A stretch of 64,000 nt of DNA from Octopus vulgaris. Its lineage: Eukaryota. The notes under the pieces were generated by a model. That model saw only the letters and a list, made by a program, of their open reading frames with translations, was not told the origin of the DNA and did not search any database. The stretch's first letter is position 1; every line of letters starts with the position of its first letter. Below, piece by piece: positions 51,993 through 64,000 of the stretch. The DNA is taken from positions 28,024,001-28,088,000 of the forward strand of contig OX597839.1 in assembly GCA_951406725.2 (NCBI GenBank). Direction: 5' to 3'. Position numbers and translations under genes: made by a program.

Positions 51993-52520
51993 GGGTTTTC
52001 AGTTTCTCTCTACCAAATTCATTTACAAGGTGTTGGTCAACTTAGGGGCTATGGTTAAAAACTCTTGCCCAAGGTGCCACACAGTAGGATTGAACATGAA
52101 ACCAAATGGCTGTGAAACGAGCTTCTTAATTGCACAGCCATGTTGTAAGAGTGTTAAAGTATATTGCGTGGGTGTGGCTGTGTGGTAAGAAGCTTGCTTC
52201 CCAACCACCTGGTTCTGGGTTCAGTCCCACTGCATGGCACCTTGGGCAAGTGTCTGCTTCTATAGCCTCAGGCCGACCAAAGCCTTGTGAGTGGATTTGG
52301 TAGACAGAAACTGCAAGAAGCCCATTGTATGTATGTGTGTGTCTGTCTGTTCCACCACCATTGCTTGACAACCAATGTTGGTGTGTTTACATCCCTGTAA
52401 CTTAGTCGTTCAGCAAAAGCGACTGATAGAATGAGTACTAAGCTTACAAAGAATGTTTTGGGGATGATTTGTTCGACTAAAGTCAGTGCTCCAGCATGGT
52501 CTTAGTCAAATGACAAAGGA
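51765..52520. mobile_element. Divergent pair of OK-like SINEs (- 51765-52142, + 52165-52520)
   Basis: Similarity to 781-1182. Confidence 0.75.
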
Positions 52521-52887
52521 ATATGTATGCATAAGTGATCAGAAATTGGGGGATATTTCTAGCACTCTGCATGCTTATGTAGAAGCTCCACCCCCTCATA
52601 GGCTTGATCGGCCTTCAGCTGTAGCCATGGGGTGGTGGGCATCCAGCTGCGAAAACGTTTTGTTTTCAGCAATTGATGCTGATGTGAAAGTAGAACATTC
52701 GTCAACATTATCTGATAAAGAATTCAATACATTCATAGAATGGACAGGTATTTTTGTTTTATCAAAAGGTTGACCATCTTCCTTTCTGCATTTAACCAAT
52801 CTGGTAAAGAATTGTTTCCTTGGGCTTGGTAATCATGACAACAACACTCATCTCACCCTCAAGATATCTGTGTCTACACAGATATCT

Positions 52888-53251
52888 TAATGCTTAGCGG
52901 TATTTCGTCTGCCGTTACATTGTGAGTTCAAATCCCGCCGAGGTCGTCTTTGCCTTTCATCCTTTCGGAGTCGATAAATTAAGTACCAGTTACGCACTGT
53001 GGTCGATGTAATTGACTTAATCCTTTTGTCTGTCCTTGTTTGTCCTCTCTGTGTTTCGCCCCCTGGTGGGTAATAAAGAAATAGGTATTTCATCTGCCGC
53101 TACGTTCTGAGGTCGTCTTTGCCTTTCATCCTTTCGGAGTCGATCAAATAAGTACCAGTTACGCGCTGGGGTCGATGTAATCGACTTAATCCATTTGTCT
53201 GTCCTTGTTTGTCCCCTCTATGTTTAGCCCCTTGTGGGTAGTAAAGAAATA
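52888..53251 (+). mobile_element. SINE D dimer with TSD
   Basis: Flanked by ATATCTGTGTCTACACA on both sides. Confidence 0.85.
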
Positions 53252-53759
53252 TATATCTGTGTCTACACACCTTCCTTGTCAGAACCTAAATAATACTCTT
53301 TGCTTCAGCGATTCAAAACTTTGCTGAACCTAATTTAGCGACATTGCACTCACGAAAGTGTTGCAACGAAACAATTCTTTGCATTGTTTACCTTTGACTC
53401 ACAGGACTTAGTAACACACACACGTATGATATCAAGACTTTTCTATTGACTCACAACATGTACTAGCAAGGCACATAGTGTCGACAGTTCCTGGGTTCTG
53501 CTCTACTGGATTTCCATGTCAGTTAACAGTAATCTTACATCTGGGTGCTTATTAGAATACCACACATACACACACACACACACACACACATATGTATATA
53601 TTCTTTTACTTCAGGCGGCGAGCTGGCAGACACGTTAGCACACCGGGCGAAATGCTTGGCGATATTTTGTCTGTCGTTACGTTCTGAGTTCAAATTCCGC
53701 CAAGGTCGACTTTGCCTTTCATCCTTTCGAGGTTGATAAATAAAGTACCAGTTTCGCCA

Positions 53760-54266
53760 TAAAGGGTTTTTAGTCGAACAAATCGATCCCAGGACTTATT
53801 TTTTGTAAGCCTAGTACTTATTCTATCGGTTTCTTTTGCCAAACCGCTAAGGTACAGGGGCATATACACACCAACACTGGTTGTCAAACAGTGATGGACA
53901 CACACAAGACAAGCTTCTTTCAGTTTCTGTCTACCATATCCACCTAGAAGACTTTGGTTGGCCTGAAGCTATAGTGTAGGACACTTGCCCAAGGTGCCAT
54001 GTGTGTTTGTGTATCTGTATTTGTCCCCCCAACATCGCTTGACAACCGATGCTGATGTGTTTGCGTCCCCGTAACTTAAGGGTTTGGCAAAAGAAACTGA
54101 TAGAATAAGTACTAGGCTGACAAAGCAAATCAACCCCAGGACTTATTCTTTGTAAGCCTAGTACTTATTCTATCAGTTTCTTTTGCCAAACCCCTAAGTT
54201 ACGGGGACGCAAACACATCAGCTTCAGTTGTCAAGCGATGTTGGGGGGACAAATACAGACACACAA

Positions 54267-54309
<43 letters not shown>

Positions 54310-54470
54310 CAATGGGCTTCTTTCAGTTTCCGTCTACCAAATCCACTCACAAGGCTTTGGTCGACCCGAGGCTATAGTAGAAGACACTTGCCCAAGTTGC
54401 CACGCAGTAGGACTGTACCCGGAACCATGTGGTTGGTAAGCAAGCTACTTACCACACAGCCACTCCTATT
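53760..54470. mobile_element. Rearranged OK-like SINE cluster containing a fold-back
   Basis: 54001-54125 is an inverted duplicate of 54148-54272. Confidence 0.8.
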
Positions 54471-56879
54471 CCTACATATATATATATATATATAACGATT
54501 TGGTTTAGATATAAAACTGACACTCAGTTAAACGTGCAGCCCCGTCCCTTCCTTCCTCTGCCGCTCCATCCACCCAGCATCTTCCTCCACCCTTCTCCAT
54601 TTTTGTAGTTCTGCCAGAGAACTTCTTGCCATAATCATATGACTGGTTCTTTGTAACATTACAATCGATTCATTCAGAATATATTCATCTGAAACAAGCA
54701 GCCAACCACTCCTTCATCATTTCAGCCAGCTGACTCTGAATCACTTGTAAGCCACACACACATACACACACACACACACACACTGTATATATGGGTGCAG
54801 GCACGGTTGTGTGGTAAGATGTTTGCTTCCCAACTACATGGTTCCAGGTTCAGTCTCACTGCATGGCACCTTTGGCGAAGTGCCTTCTACTAGAGCCTTG
54901 TGAATGGATTTGGTAGATGGAAACTAAAAGAGGCCCGTTGTGTGTGTTTGTCATTTGACTGTGGCCATGCTTGAGCACCGTGAAGCAAATCGACCCCAGG
55001 GCTTATTCTTTGTAAGCCTTGTACTTATTCTATTGGTCTCTTTTGCCGAACTACTAAGTTATGGAGATGTAACACCAACATCGGTTGTGAAGTGATGGAG
55101 TGACAAACGCAGACGCACAAATACATACACACACACACACATATGTCAGGCTACTTTCAGTTTCTGTTTACCAAATCCACTCACAAGGCTTTGCTCTGCC
55201 CAAGGCTATAGTGGCACTTGTCCAAGGTGCCACGCAGTGGGGTTGAACCTGGAACCATGGGGTAAATATTAGGCGCATACCATAGTAGATAAAGACATTG
55301 GTTAATGCAGTGCAGTCATCTAGAGGTCCTGGGTTCAATCTTAGGCAAGGCACTAAGGTAAATTTCACAAGAAAGTCAACTAAAGCAAAAAAATGTTACA
55401 AAATGCAGAGGATGAAATGAAAAGAGTGGCTGCTCCCGTTTGTAGGTCACTTATGAGGCCAACCCTGCCCAAGTGCAGCAGGGGCCACGACGGCGGCCCT
55501 GGGACAAATTGGCTGTGCTATGAGGCCTCTACTTCTTGGATCAAATTAAGGGCTAGGTTCAAAATTCTGATACAATAACTGAGTTCAACAGAAGACACCT
55601 GTACGTGATAAGGTGCATCAAGCTAAGTAAAATTGCTATTTTCCACACATACAGACTGGTCCTTTCAGGTGCTGGTGTCACTAAAAAAGGAAGCACCAGT
55701 GTAGGTGTTATGTCAATGCAGCTGTGCTGGTACTGTGTACACACACCCGTGTTCGTGGTACATAATAAGTACCCAGCACATTCTTTAAAGTGGTTGGCCT
55801 TAAGAAGGGCATCAAGCCATAGAGACCATGCCACAACAGACCATTGGAGTTTGGATGGCCCCCAACTAGTCAGCTCCATGTCAACCCATCCAACCCATGT
55901 CAGCATGGAAAGAGGATGTTAAACAATGATTTGGCAACAGGAAAAGTACCTGAATGTAGAAAATTCTTCGAATTTACCTCCAGCTCATTGAAGCATGGAA
56001 ATGCAGGTGTAAGACCAACCCAGTTTAGGAATGATTCACATTGAAGTGGTTAGTCCACATACCTCCCTAAGGAGCATAAGGGCCAGTTTTCTGGTTTCTC
56101 TGGTGTATATGTTCCTTCTTGAACAGGACACCAGTCTGTTGTAGACAGGGCTGTGGAGTCGAAACAAAAAACTGACTTCGGCTCCTCTACTATTGGCACC
56201 AGTCCCCTTCCCGCAAATTTCAGGCCTTGTGTCTTTAGTCGCAAGGTTTATCTGGTCTTAGGTCAGCAATGATTCTGCAGGCCTATGGTCAAAGATGTTC
56301 CAGAAATGACCATCCCGTTTTCTATAGAAATACTATAGTTATTAAGTTTAGTGTCATTTAACAGAAATTGGGCTGCTATTTCTAGCACGCCGCCTGCTCA
56401 TGTAGAGGCTCCACCCCCTCGTACGCTTGATTGGCCTTCAGTCGTAGCCCCAGGAGGGGCATCCAGCTGCAAAAACATTTTGTTTTTTCAGCAATTCATG
56501 CTGATGTGTAAATCTGAAGATTTACTTGGTCTGGGTTTGAGATGGAATCAAATATGGAAAATAATAAAAAGAAAAAAAGGTTTTTATTTTTTTAATTTTA
56601 TTTTTTTCTTCTTAAAAACCAAAATATAGAATTATTTCAGCTTTTCTTCTTCCCAGTTGTTTTGAATGAAAACAACTTGGCAGATTATTCTGAAAGACAG
56701 AAACTGGAATATGAGAGAGGAGACGACTAACTCGGTTTTTTTATAAAGAAAGAGAGAGAGAGAGAGAGAAGTGCATGACTTTTATTTGTTTCTGCCATCT
56801 GACTGTGGCCATGCTGGGGCTCTGCCTTGAATTTTTAGTTGGACGTATCAACCCCAGTACTTTTTTGTTTGTTTCTGTT

Positions 56880-57108
56880 TTAACCCTTTAGCATTTAAAC
56901 CGGCCATATCCGGCCAAAAGTATTCTGCCTGTTTTATGTTCAAACTGGCCATATCTGGTCTCTCACACCAGCCCTACAATATCGTTTGAAAAATTAACAG
57001 CTACTTCATCAAAATCTCACAGCTACAAGATAATGCATGATTAGTTCAAAATAATGTGGATGAAAAAGGATTAATTTTGGCAGAATAATGTGAACACTAA
57101 AGGGTTAA
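56880..57108 (-). mobile_element. piggyBac-type MITE inserted in an OK-like SINE
   Basis: TTAA TSDs; SINE halves on both sides. Confidence 0.85.
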
Positions 57109-60094
57109 AGCACTTGGTACTTGTTTTATTGGTCTCTTTTGCCAAACAGCTAAGTTACAGGAATGTAAACACAACACCAGCTGTCGAGCAGTAGTGGGAG
57201 ACAAGCACAGAAAGACACATACACACACACACATGCACACACATACACACACACACATACACACACACACATACACACACACACACACATGCACAGCAGG
57301 CTTCTTTCAGCAATTACATACACATTCTTCCTTGCTCTTTGCTATCTCTCTCTCTCTCTCTCTCTTTTCTATTTTTACTTCAGTTGTGTCAAGACAATGA
57401 GATAAGGAAGACTCTATGACAAAGAATTCCAAAATGTGTCTCGTGACACCCAGTCTTTGAGAATATCTGGGTAGAAGCATGGCTGTGTGGTTCAACTCAT
57501 TACCGTTACCGTTTGACCCTCTAGCGTTCCTATTACTTTGCCAAATGTAATGCTTGTTTATTCGCCTTGTTTTCAATTAGCCATGCATTATCACAAACCC
57601 ATGAGATTTCAATGATATGATTGTTCATCTTTAGAATGACATTGCAAGGTAGGTGTGAGAGGTTGGATCCAGCCAGTTTTAAAAATAGAAAGACAGAATG
57701 TTTGGGTTGGATATGGCCAAATACTGGAATGAGGCAGATGTAGAAAGTGGAAAGGCTGGCACTGCACTGGTTGTGGTGATCTGATCAACAGAACAGCCTG
57801 CTCGTAAAATTAATGTGCAAGTGGCTGAGTACTCCAGATATGCGTACCCTTAACGTAGTTCGCAAGGAGATTCAGTATACTGCAGAATGTGGCAAGGGTT
57901 AGGGTTAGGCCCCTTTGAAATACAAATACCACTCACTTGCACCTGCTGAGTGGATGGGAGCAATGTGAAATAAAGTGTCCCGCTCAAGGATACAATGTGC
58001 TCCCCAGGAATCGAACTCGCTATGTTACAATCGTGAGCCAGATGCTCTAACCACAGTGACATGGCTTCGCTAAGTAGAAAGACAGACAAATGGTAACAGG
58101 CATAAAGAATGTATTTATATGGAAAGTTGCATATGCAATTGTATGCATGTCAAATGTATGCACACATTTTCATATAAATGCATACTCTATGCCTGATATC
58201 AATTTGTTTGTATTTCCACTTATATACACACACATACCTGTGCCAGCACAGAAAACCGATGTTAAAGGTTAATGGTGATGATGTCATTCATACAGATATG
58301 TATCTCAAACTTGGCCGTCAGTCACAAGCCGGCCTCACTCGATGCCATGTACCCTGCTTTTGCTAATGGTTCCGTGTGGCTGTGAGCAGACACCCTCTTG
58401 GCTCTCTCACTCAGTTCTCGACACAGTGAGTCATTGAGGATGTGACAACTGAAGGAAGATCGGAAATGCATCCGCAGGCATGGGTGTGGCTGTGTAGTAA
58501 GAAGTAAGAGCTTCCCCACCACATGGTTCTGGGTTCAGTCTCACTGCATAGCAGCACCTTGAGCAAGCGTCTTCTATTATCAGTCGTCCAAAGATGAAAC
58601 TATAACATCTCCATGTCGTAATTTTGATTCTGTGCAAAATATTATCAGCTGGTTGCAAATCCTCACTGAACCATTTTTATTTCAGAGATTTCCTTCTTTG
58701 AGATGGATTGTCTTCACAAGAACTGCCAAGCACCACCTACTCTTGGCAATATATGATGGTCTTTACCTTTCTTAAGTTCCTCCACCCTTTGATGGGTCTT
58801 GTTTCCCATCCTGCAGGGTATCCAAACATCACTCCTCACCAAGCAAGGTTGTTCTAGGATACATGTTGCCAGTAGCTCAAGAGCCACCTGACAATATATA
58901 TTCATGTAAATATATACAGATGTACATAGATTTGTGTGTTTCTTGTAGTTTAATTTTAAAGTTAGTGTTTTATCCTGCCTATATTTCATTAAATACTGTT
59001 GTTCATAGTGTAAATGTGTTAGAAAGTTTTTTTGGTATGTTTGTTCCCAAACAGTACTTCTTTTAGTGCTGTCACTGCCACCAAATTCAATGGTACTGCC
59101 CAGGTGTGTCGAAACCATAATGATATCCGTGGGGCAGCTGATGATGGAGATATGTTGGATTGTTGGTATGGCTGTTTGTGTATATGTGGAGTAGTGTTAT
59201 AACACATCCCTTTGATATACATCATCATCATTTAACATCCACTTTCCATACTGGCATGGGTTGGACAGTAAGACAGGGGGCTGTCCAGACTCCAACCGTC
59301 TGTTGCATGATTTCTACAGCTGGATGCCCCTCCTAACACACACCACTAAACAGTGTGCTGGGTGCTTTTTACATGCCACCAGCATGAGGGCAAGTATGCA
59401 GCACTGACACATGGGTGCCACAAGTGCCTTTCAAGTGACTCCAGCCCCTGAAAGGACCAGCTTGTATGTGTGGGAGACAGTGATTTTACTTAGCTTGATG
59501 TGTCTTTTATCAAGTACAGCAAATCGCCACCTCTCCCAGTCCCTTGTCATTTCCAAAGATCCTTCTTATTTTATCCCACGTGTAGGTTCTCAATATAAAA
59601 AAACATTTCGTATCGCTCACATGATTTGAACTTACACCATAAGTCTTTCACCGAGGAGGACCAAGTGAGAGGTTACGGGGACAGTGATGTATTGTCTATT
59701 TGCATCGTTGTCTCTATATTCCACATACATATACACAACAAGCTTCTCTCAGATTGTCTGCCTGAAGCTATTATGGACGACACTTTGCCCAAGGTTCCAC
59801 CTTGGGAATGAACCCTGAGTCATGTCATTGGGAAGTGGGCTTAATTCCTTTACCACACAGCCATGCCTGCACAAATGTCCCAAATCAGATTTTGATACAC
59901 CATTTTTAATATAGATCTTTCATTTCTATGAGAGACAGGCAGCTTGGAAGGGGATGCGTCATTGATATGCATATCCTGCTTCAGTTCTATGGGTTTGAGT
60001 TTTAAAGTTGCACTCACTGGCCTGGGTACCAAAAGCCACCCCAGCTTCCTAACCAGAAGTTATTAGAAGAAGAAGTTAAGCTAATAAAATTAAT

Positions 60095-60252
60095 AGGAGT
60101 GGCTGTGTGGTAAGTAGCTTGCTAACCAACCACATGGCTCCAGGGTTCAGTCCCACTGCGTGGCATCTTGGGCAAGTGTCTTCTGCTATAGCCCCGGGCC
60201 GACCAATGCCTTGTGAGTGGATTTGGTAGACGGAAACTGAAAGAAGCCTGTC

Positions 60253-60287
<35 letters not shown>

Positions 60288-60503
60288 TGTGTGTGTTTGT
60301 GTGTCTGTGTTTGTCCCCCTAGCGTTGCTTGACAACCGATGCTGGTGTGTTTACATCCCCGTCACCTAGCGGTTCGGCAAAAGAGACCGATAGAATAAGT
60401 ACTGGGCTTACAAAAGAATAAGTCCCGGGGTCTAGCTGCTCAACTAAAGGCGGTGCTCCAGCATGGCCGCAGTCAAATGACTGAAACAAGTAAAAGGGTA
60501 AAG
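60095..60503 (+). mobile_element. OK-like SINE, young
   Basis: Near-identical to 781-1182. Confidence 0.85.
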
Positions 60504-63480
60504 AGATGTTGATTAATATTTTATAATAAAACAATTTAAAGGCAAAGTGAATTGGTTTGATATGACAACCCCCGTTTATTTGCTACTGATTCAGATCATC
60601 AATGAATTTGTTCAGATCTTATTTTGTAGTCTGATTATTAACGGATGTGACTGGCCAATCCTTGAGTTTCAGGAAATATTCAACAGTATTCAATCTTTTT
60701 ATAGCAATCCTGACATTTATTGGAGCCGGGGACACGAGATGCAATGATAGGAAATGGTTCAATTATTCATCCTTTGTATTTAATGTTGCTTTCTTTCCAT
60801 CACGATTCATGTTGTAACTTGGAAATCCAGCCCAGATCTACCGAAAGGATTGGCAGATTCAAATTGCTTCACATAGCATTTAAACAACTGTCTCCAGCGT
60901 ATGAGCCAGCCTCTTCAAAGTCACTCCACCTAATAGAAACAGCAGCCAAATCCCCTAGTCACATCCTGATGTTTTTAACACTTTCAATACCGACTTCTCC
61001 ATGACCACCCAAACTGATTCAACTGTTTGGCATTCAGGTTACCACGTCAACTGTAATCCTTATTTATTCACATTGTTTTGAATTAATCATGCATTATCTT
61101 ATCGTTTCCAAGATTTCAATAATGGGATTGTTTTTGAGAATGACATTGTAGGGTAGGTGTGAGAGACTGGATCAGGCTCGTTTAAATATAAAAACAGTAT
61201 ATTTTGGCTGGGTTGTGACCTGTTTAAATGCTAAAGGGTTAAATATTCTTAAATATGCTTCAAGGTTTCAGTTTGTCAACATAAATTGCCTTGTCTTGAT
61301 TTGGTCCTCAAGTCCTGATGGAGCTTTAGAGGTGTTGCCATAACATACAGTATGTCTTGGGCATTTTCAAATCCAGCTGGAACCTGGTGCAGCTCTCTGG
61401 CTTACCAGTTCCAGTCAAGCCATCTAACCCATGCCAGCATGGAAAGCAGGCGTTAAATGATGAACATTTGACAGAGTAATCTTAATACTAAAGAGTTAAA
61501 CCATCCGTTTGTTAGAAATATAGTCATGCTGTTTTGTTTTTTGGGGTGGGGTCTGTTAAATAAAAGGATAGACCTATTGGTTTATGTAGTCCTAGATAGA
61601 CCATGAAAATATGACTAACACATATTTATTCATAGGTAGGTCTGCTGAATCAGGACTAAACACTGACTAAACTACAAGCATTATCTTAGATATTTGATAC
61701 TAACCCACCTGAAAACACTCCCATTTCTATGATGCTGACTTCCTGCTTTAAAGTGACCTAAATTTAAACCTTCTGCCATGGAAAAAGGAAGTTTAAATTC
61801 TCCTACTTTGCGGGTCCTGTTGTAAAGTTGCTCCTTTCCAGCTTGAATGTATCCATAGAAGCCCTACCTATTTCTTTACTACCCACAAGGGGCTAAACAC
61901 AGAGAGGACAAGCAAGGACAGACAAACGGATTAAGTCAATTACATCAACCCCCAAGGCGTAACTGGTACTTATTTAATTGACCTCTGGCCAGAACCTAAC
62001 CGCAAGTTCTTCTGACTCCCACAGCCACCATATCTGTCCTGAGTGACAGCCCTGAAGCAAGAGAGACCCATGCCAGTCATTCGGCACTCACATGACCCAC
62101 CCCTTCATTCTTCTCTCCTAGCAAGGCCCCTCCAGCTGTTTGCATAACATCACTGACCCTATACTTCTGACCCACCTCAGTCCCACAAACCTTCCATCAA
62201 AATTTCAAATTAATCTGTTCCAAACACCAGCTTAATTATGACAAAATTATTTTCCCAAATTCTTCATTATTTCCAAAATTAATTGAAATAAAAGTCTTTC
62301 AACAAAAGCATGGTAGGAAAAGAGTTAAATGGCACATCACTAGAGGCAATATTACCACATGGAACTAGAGAGTCCCTGGTTCTAAGTCTTGGAATTAATG
62401 GACATTCTTTCATTGGTTTAAGGAAACTAGTTCATGGGGTGCCTCGTTCAAGCTGTCCTGCACTAAACAATTTCTAGCTGTACCTTTTGACAGCAGAATA
62501 CACTCTTTCAAGAATTTATCTTTTCACACTGAGAATTATTGAAGCATGAAATAAACTATCCGCATCAGTTGTTAGCTGTCAGGACACAAATGTGTCCTTC
62601 TAAAATTCCATGCTTCCTTAAGTTCACCAACATTACTCCTGATGTACCTATGTGCCCTTTCTGTTTATTGGTTCCTTTAATGCTCATTTCTCTGTTTTAT
62701 TGTGTATTGTGCAGGTGCTTTTGAATCTCATTCCCCTCTTGTTCACCTCTTTTACCCTTTCTGTCCCCTCTTTCACCCTTTTCCACAAGTTGTAGTGCAC
62801 CTGAGCACTGTATGCAATAAGCTCATTATTACTAAGGGGGCAAGCTGGCAGAATCGTTAGCATGCTGAGCAAAATGCTTAGCGATATTTCACCCGTCGCA
62901 GTGTTCTGAGTTCTAATTTTGCCAAAGTCAACTTTTCCTTTCATCCTTTTTGGGTCGATAAATTAAGTACCAGTGAAATTCTGGGGTTGATGTAATCGAC
63001 TTGTCCCTTCCCCCGCAAATATCAGGCCTTGTGCCTATAATAGAAAGGATTATTATTCTGCCAAGGTCGACTTTGCCTTTCATCCTTTAGGGGTCAGTAA
63101 AATGGCTACCAGTTCAGTTCTGGGGTTGATCTAATTGACTCATCTCCACCTCCCCTAAGCTGCCCTTGTGGCAAAAATTTGAAATAATTATTGTTTTAAA
63201 TTGCCAATCTGTAGATGACTTCTTCCCCTTCCTCCCATCAGACAGGAAACCTCTAAAAAGGGGTCATGAGACCTGCTCTTTTGAGCTATAGACACAAAGA
63301 AGGTAAAAAAATTCATTCAACTATTGCTTTTTCTATTGTTAGCCCCCCATCTGTCTCCCTATTTATACAAACCTCATACATTTTGCTTCTCATTATAAAG
63401 AAACCCTTTGTTTTCTACAGAGACAACATTAATGGGACTGAACCTTTTCCATTGTTGTTTAAACTTAACCACCATATATA

Positions 63481-63812
63481 GGAGCACTCCGTCGGTTACG
63501 ACGATGAGGGGGGTCCCAGCCGATATGATCAACGGAAACAGCTTGCTCGTGAAATTAACGTGCAAGTGGCTGAGTACTCCACAGACACGTGTACCCCTCA
63601 CGTAGTTCTCGGGGAGATTCAGCATGACACAGAGTGTGACAAGGCCGGCCCTTTGAAATGCAGGTACATCTCATTTTTGCCAGCTGAGTGGACTGGGGCA
63701 ATAAAGTGAAATAAAGTGTCTTGCTCAAGGACACAACGCGTTGCTGGGAATCGAACTCACGACCTTACAATCGTGAGCCGAATGCCCTAACCACTAAGCC
63801 ACGCGCCTTCAC
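63481..63812 (-). mobile_element. CORE-like SINE with OR1-type tail
   Basis: A/B boxes, GTGTCCTTGAGCAAGACAC segment, tail CGTCGTAACCGACGGAGTGC. Confidence 0.8.
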
Positions 63813-64000
63813 AAACTTAACCACCACCACACTGAACTGTAACCAGCATGCCTGTGGCATGTTATGCCACGTGGGCCACAGTGAAGGAGCCCATAGATCT
63901 ATAATTCTCAATCAGGGTCATTATGACCCTTGGGGGTCCACGTAAGATTTTGTTAATATTTATCTGCAATAAATTTGTTACACTTCTGTGATACACAAAA

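Noticed and set aside
58590-58890. Possible exon after TTTTTATTTCAG at 58685
   Set aside because: Stops in all + frames with no good donor; may be a decayed LINE on the minus strand, but I cannot support a call.

Overview
AT-rich, microsatellite-dense eukaryotic non-coding DNA. From memory of the published OK/OR1/OR2 families, the SINE repertoire points to an Octopus genome; this was not checked by search. Almost all ORFs in the supplied track are microsatellite or repeat artefacts. The window is dominated by four to five tRNA-derived SINE families, 3' fragments of RTE and CR1/L2-group LINEs, a decayed mariner plus mariner/Tc1, hAT and piggyBac MITEs, two non-autonomous Helitrons and Penelope-like relics. 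A CpG-rich region at about 39-46 kb looks like a promoter. Three small phase-0 exons (42459, 47078, 50887) may begin an unidentified + strand gene. The most striking observation is a pair of diverged, roughly 350-380 bp, type I hammerhead-ribozyme elements (14910-15324 +, 30000-30385 -). They share an ~85-nt 3' motif at the same distance from the ribozyme, and one is highly self-complementary and present as a ~1.17-mer, as expected for a circular-RNA retrozyme-like family. Other notable signals are a LINE/SINE shared 3' tail with a covarying hairpin, a SINE that repeatedly lands at GGTA sites inside its own family, and several long fold-back palindromes.
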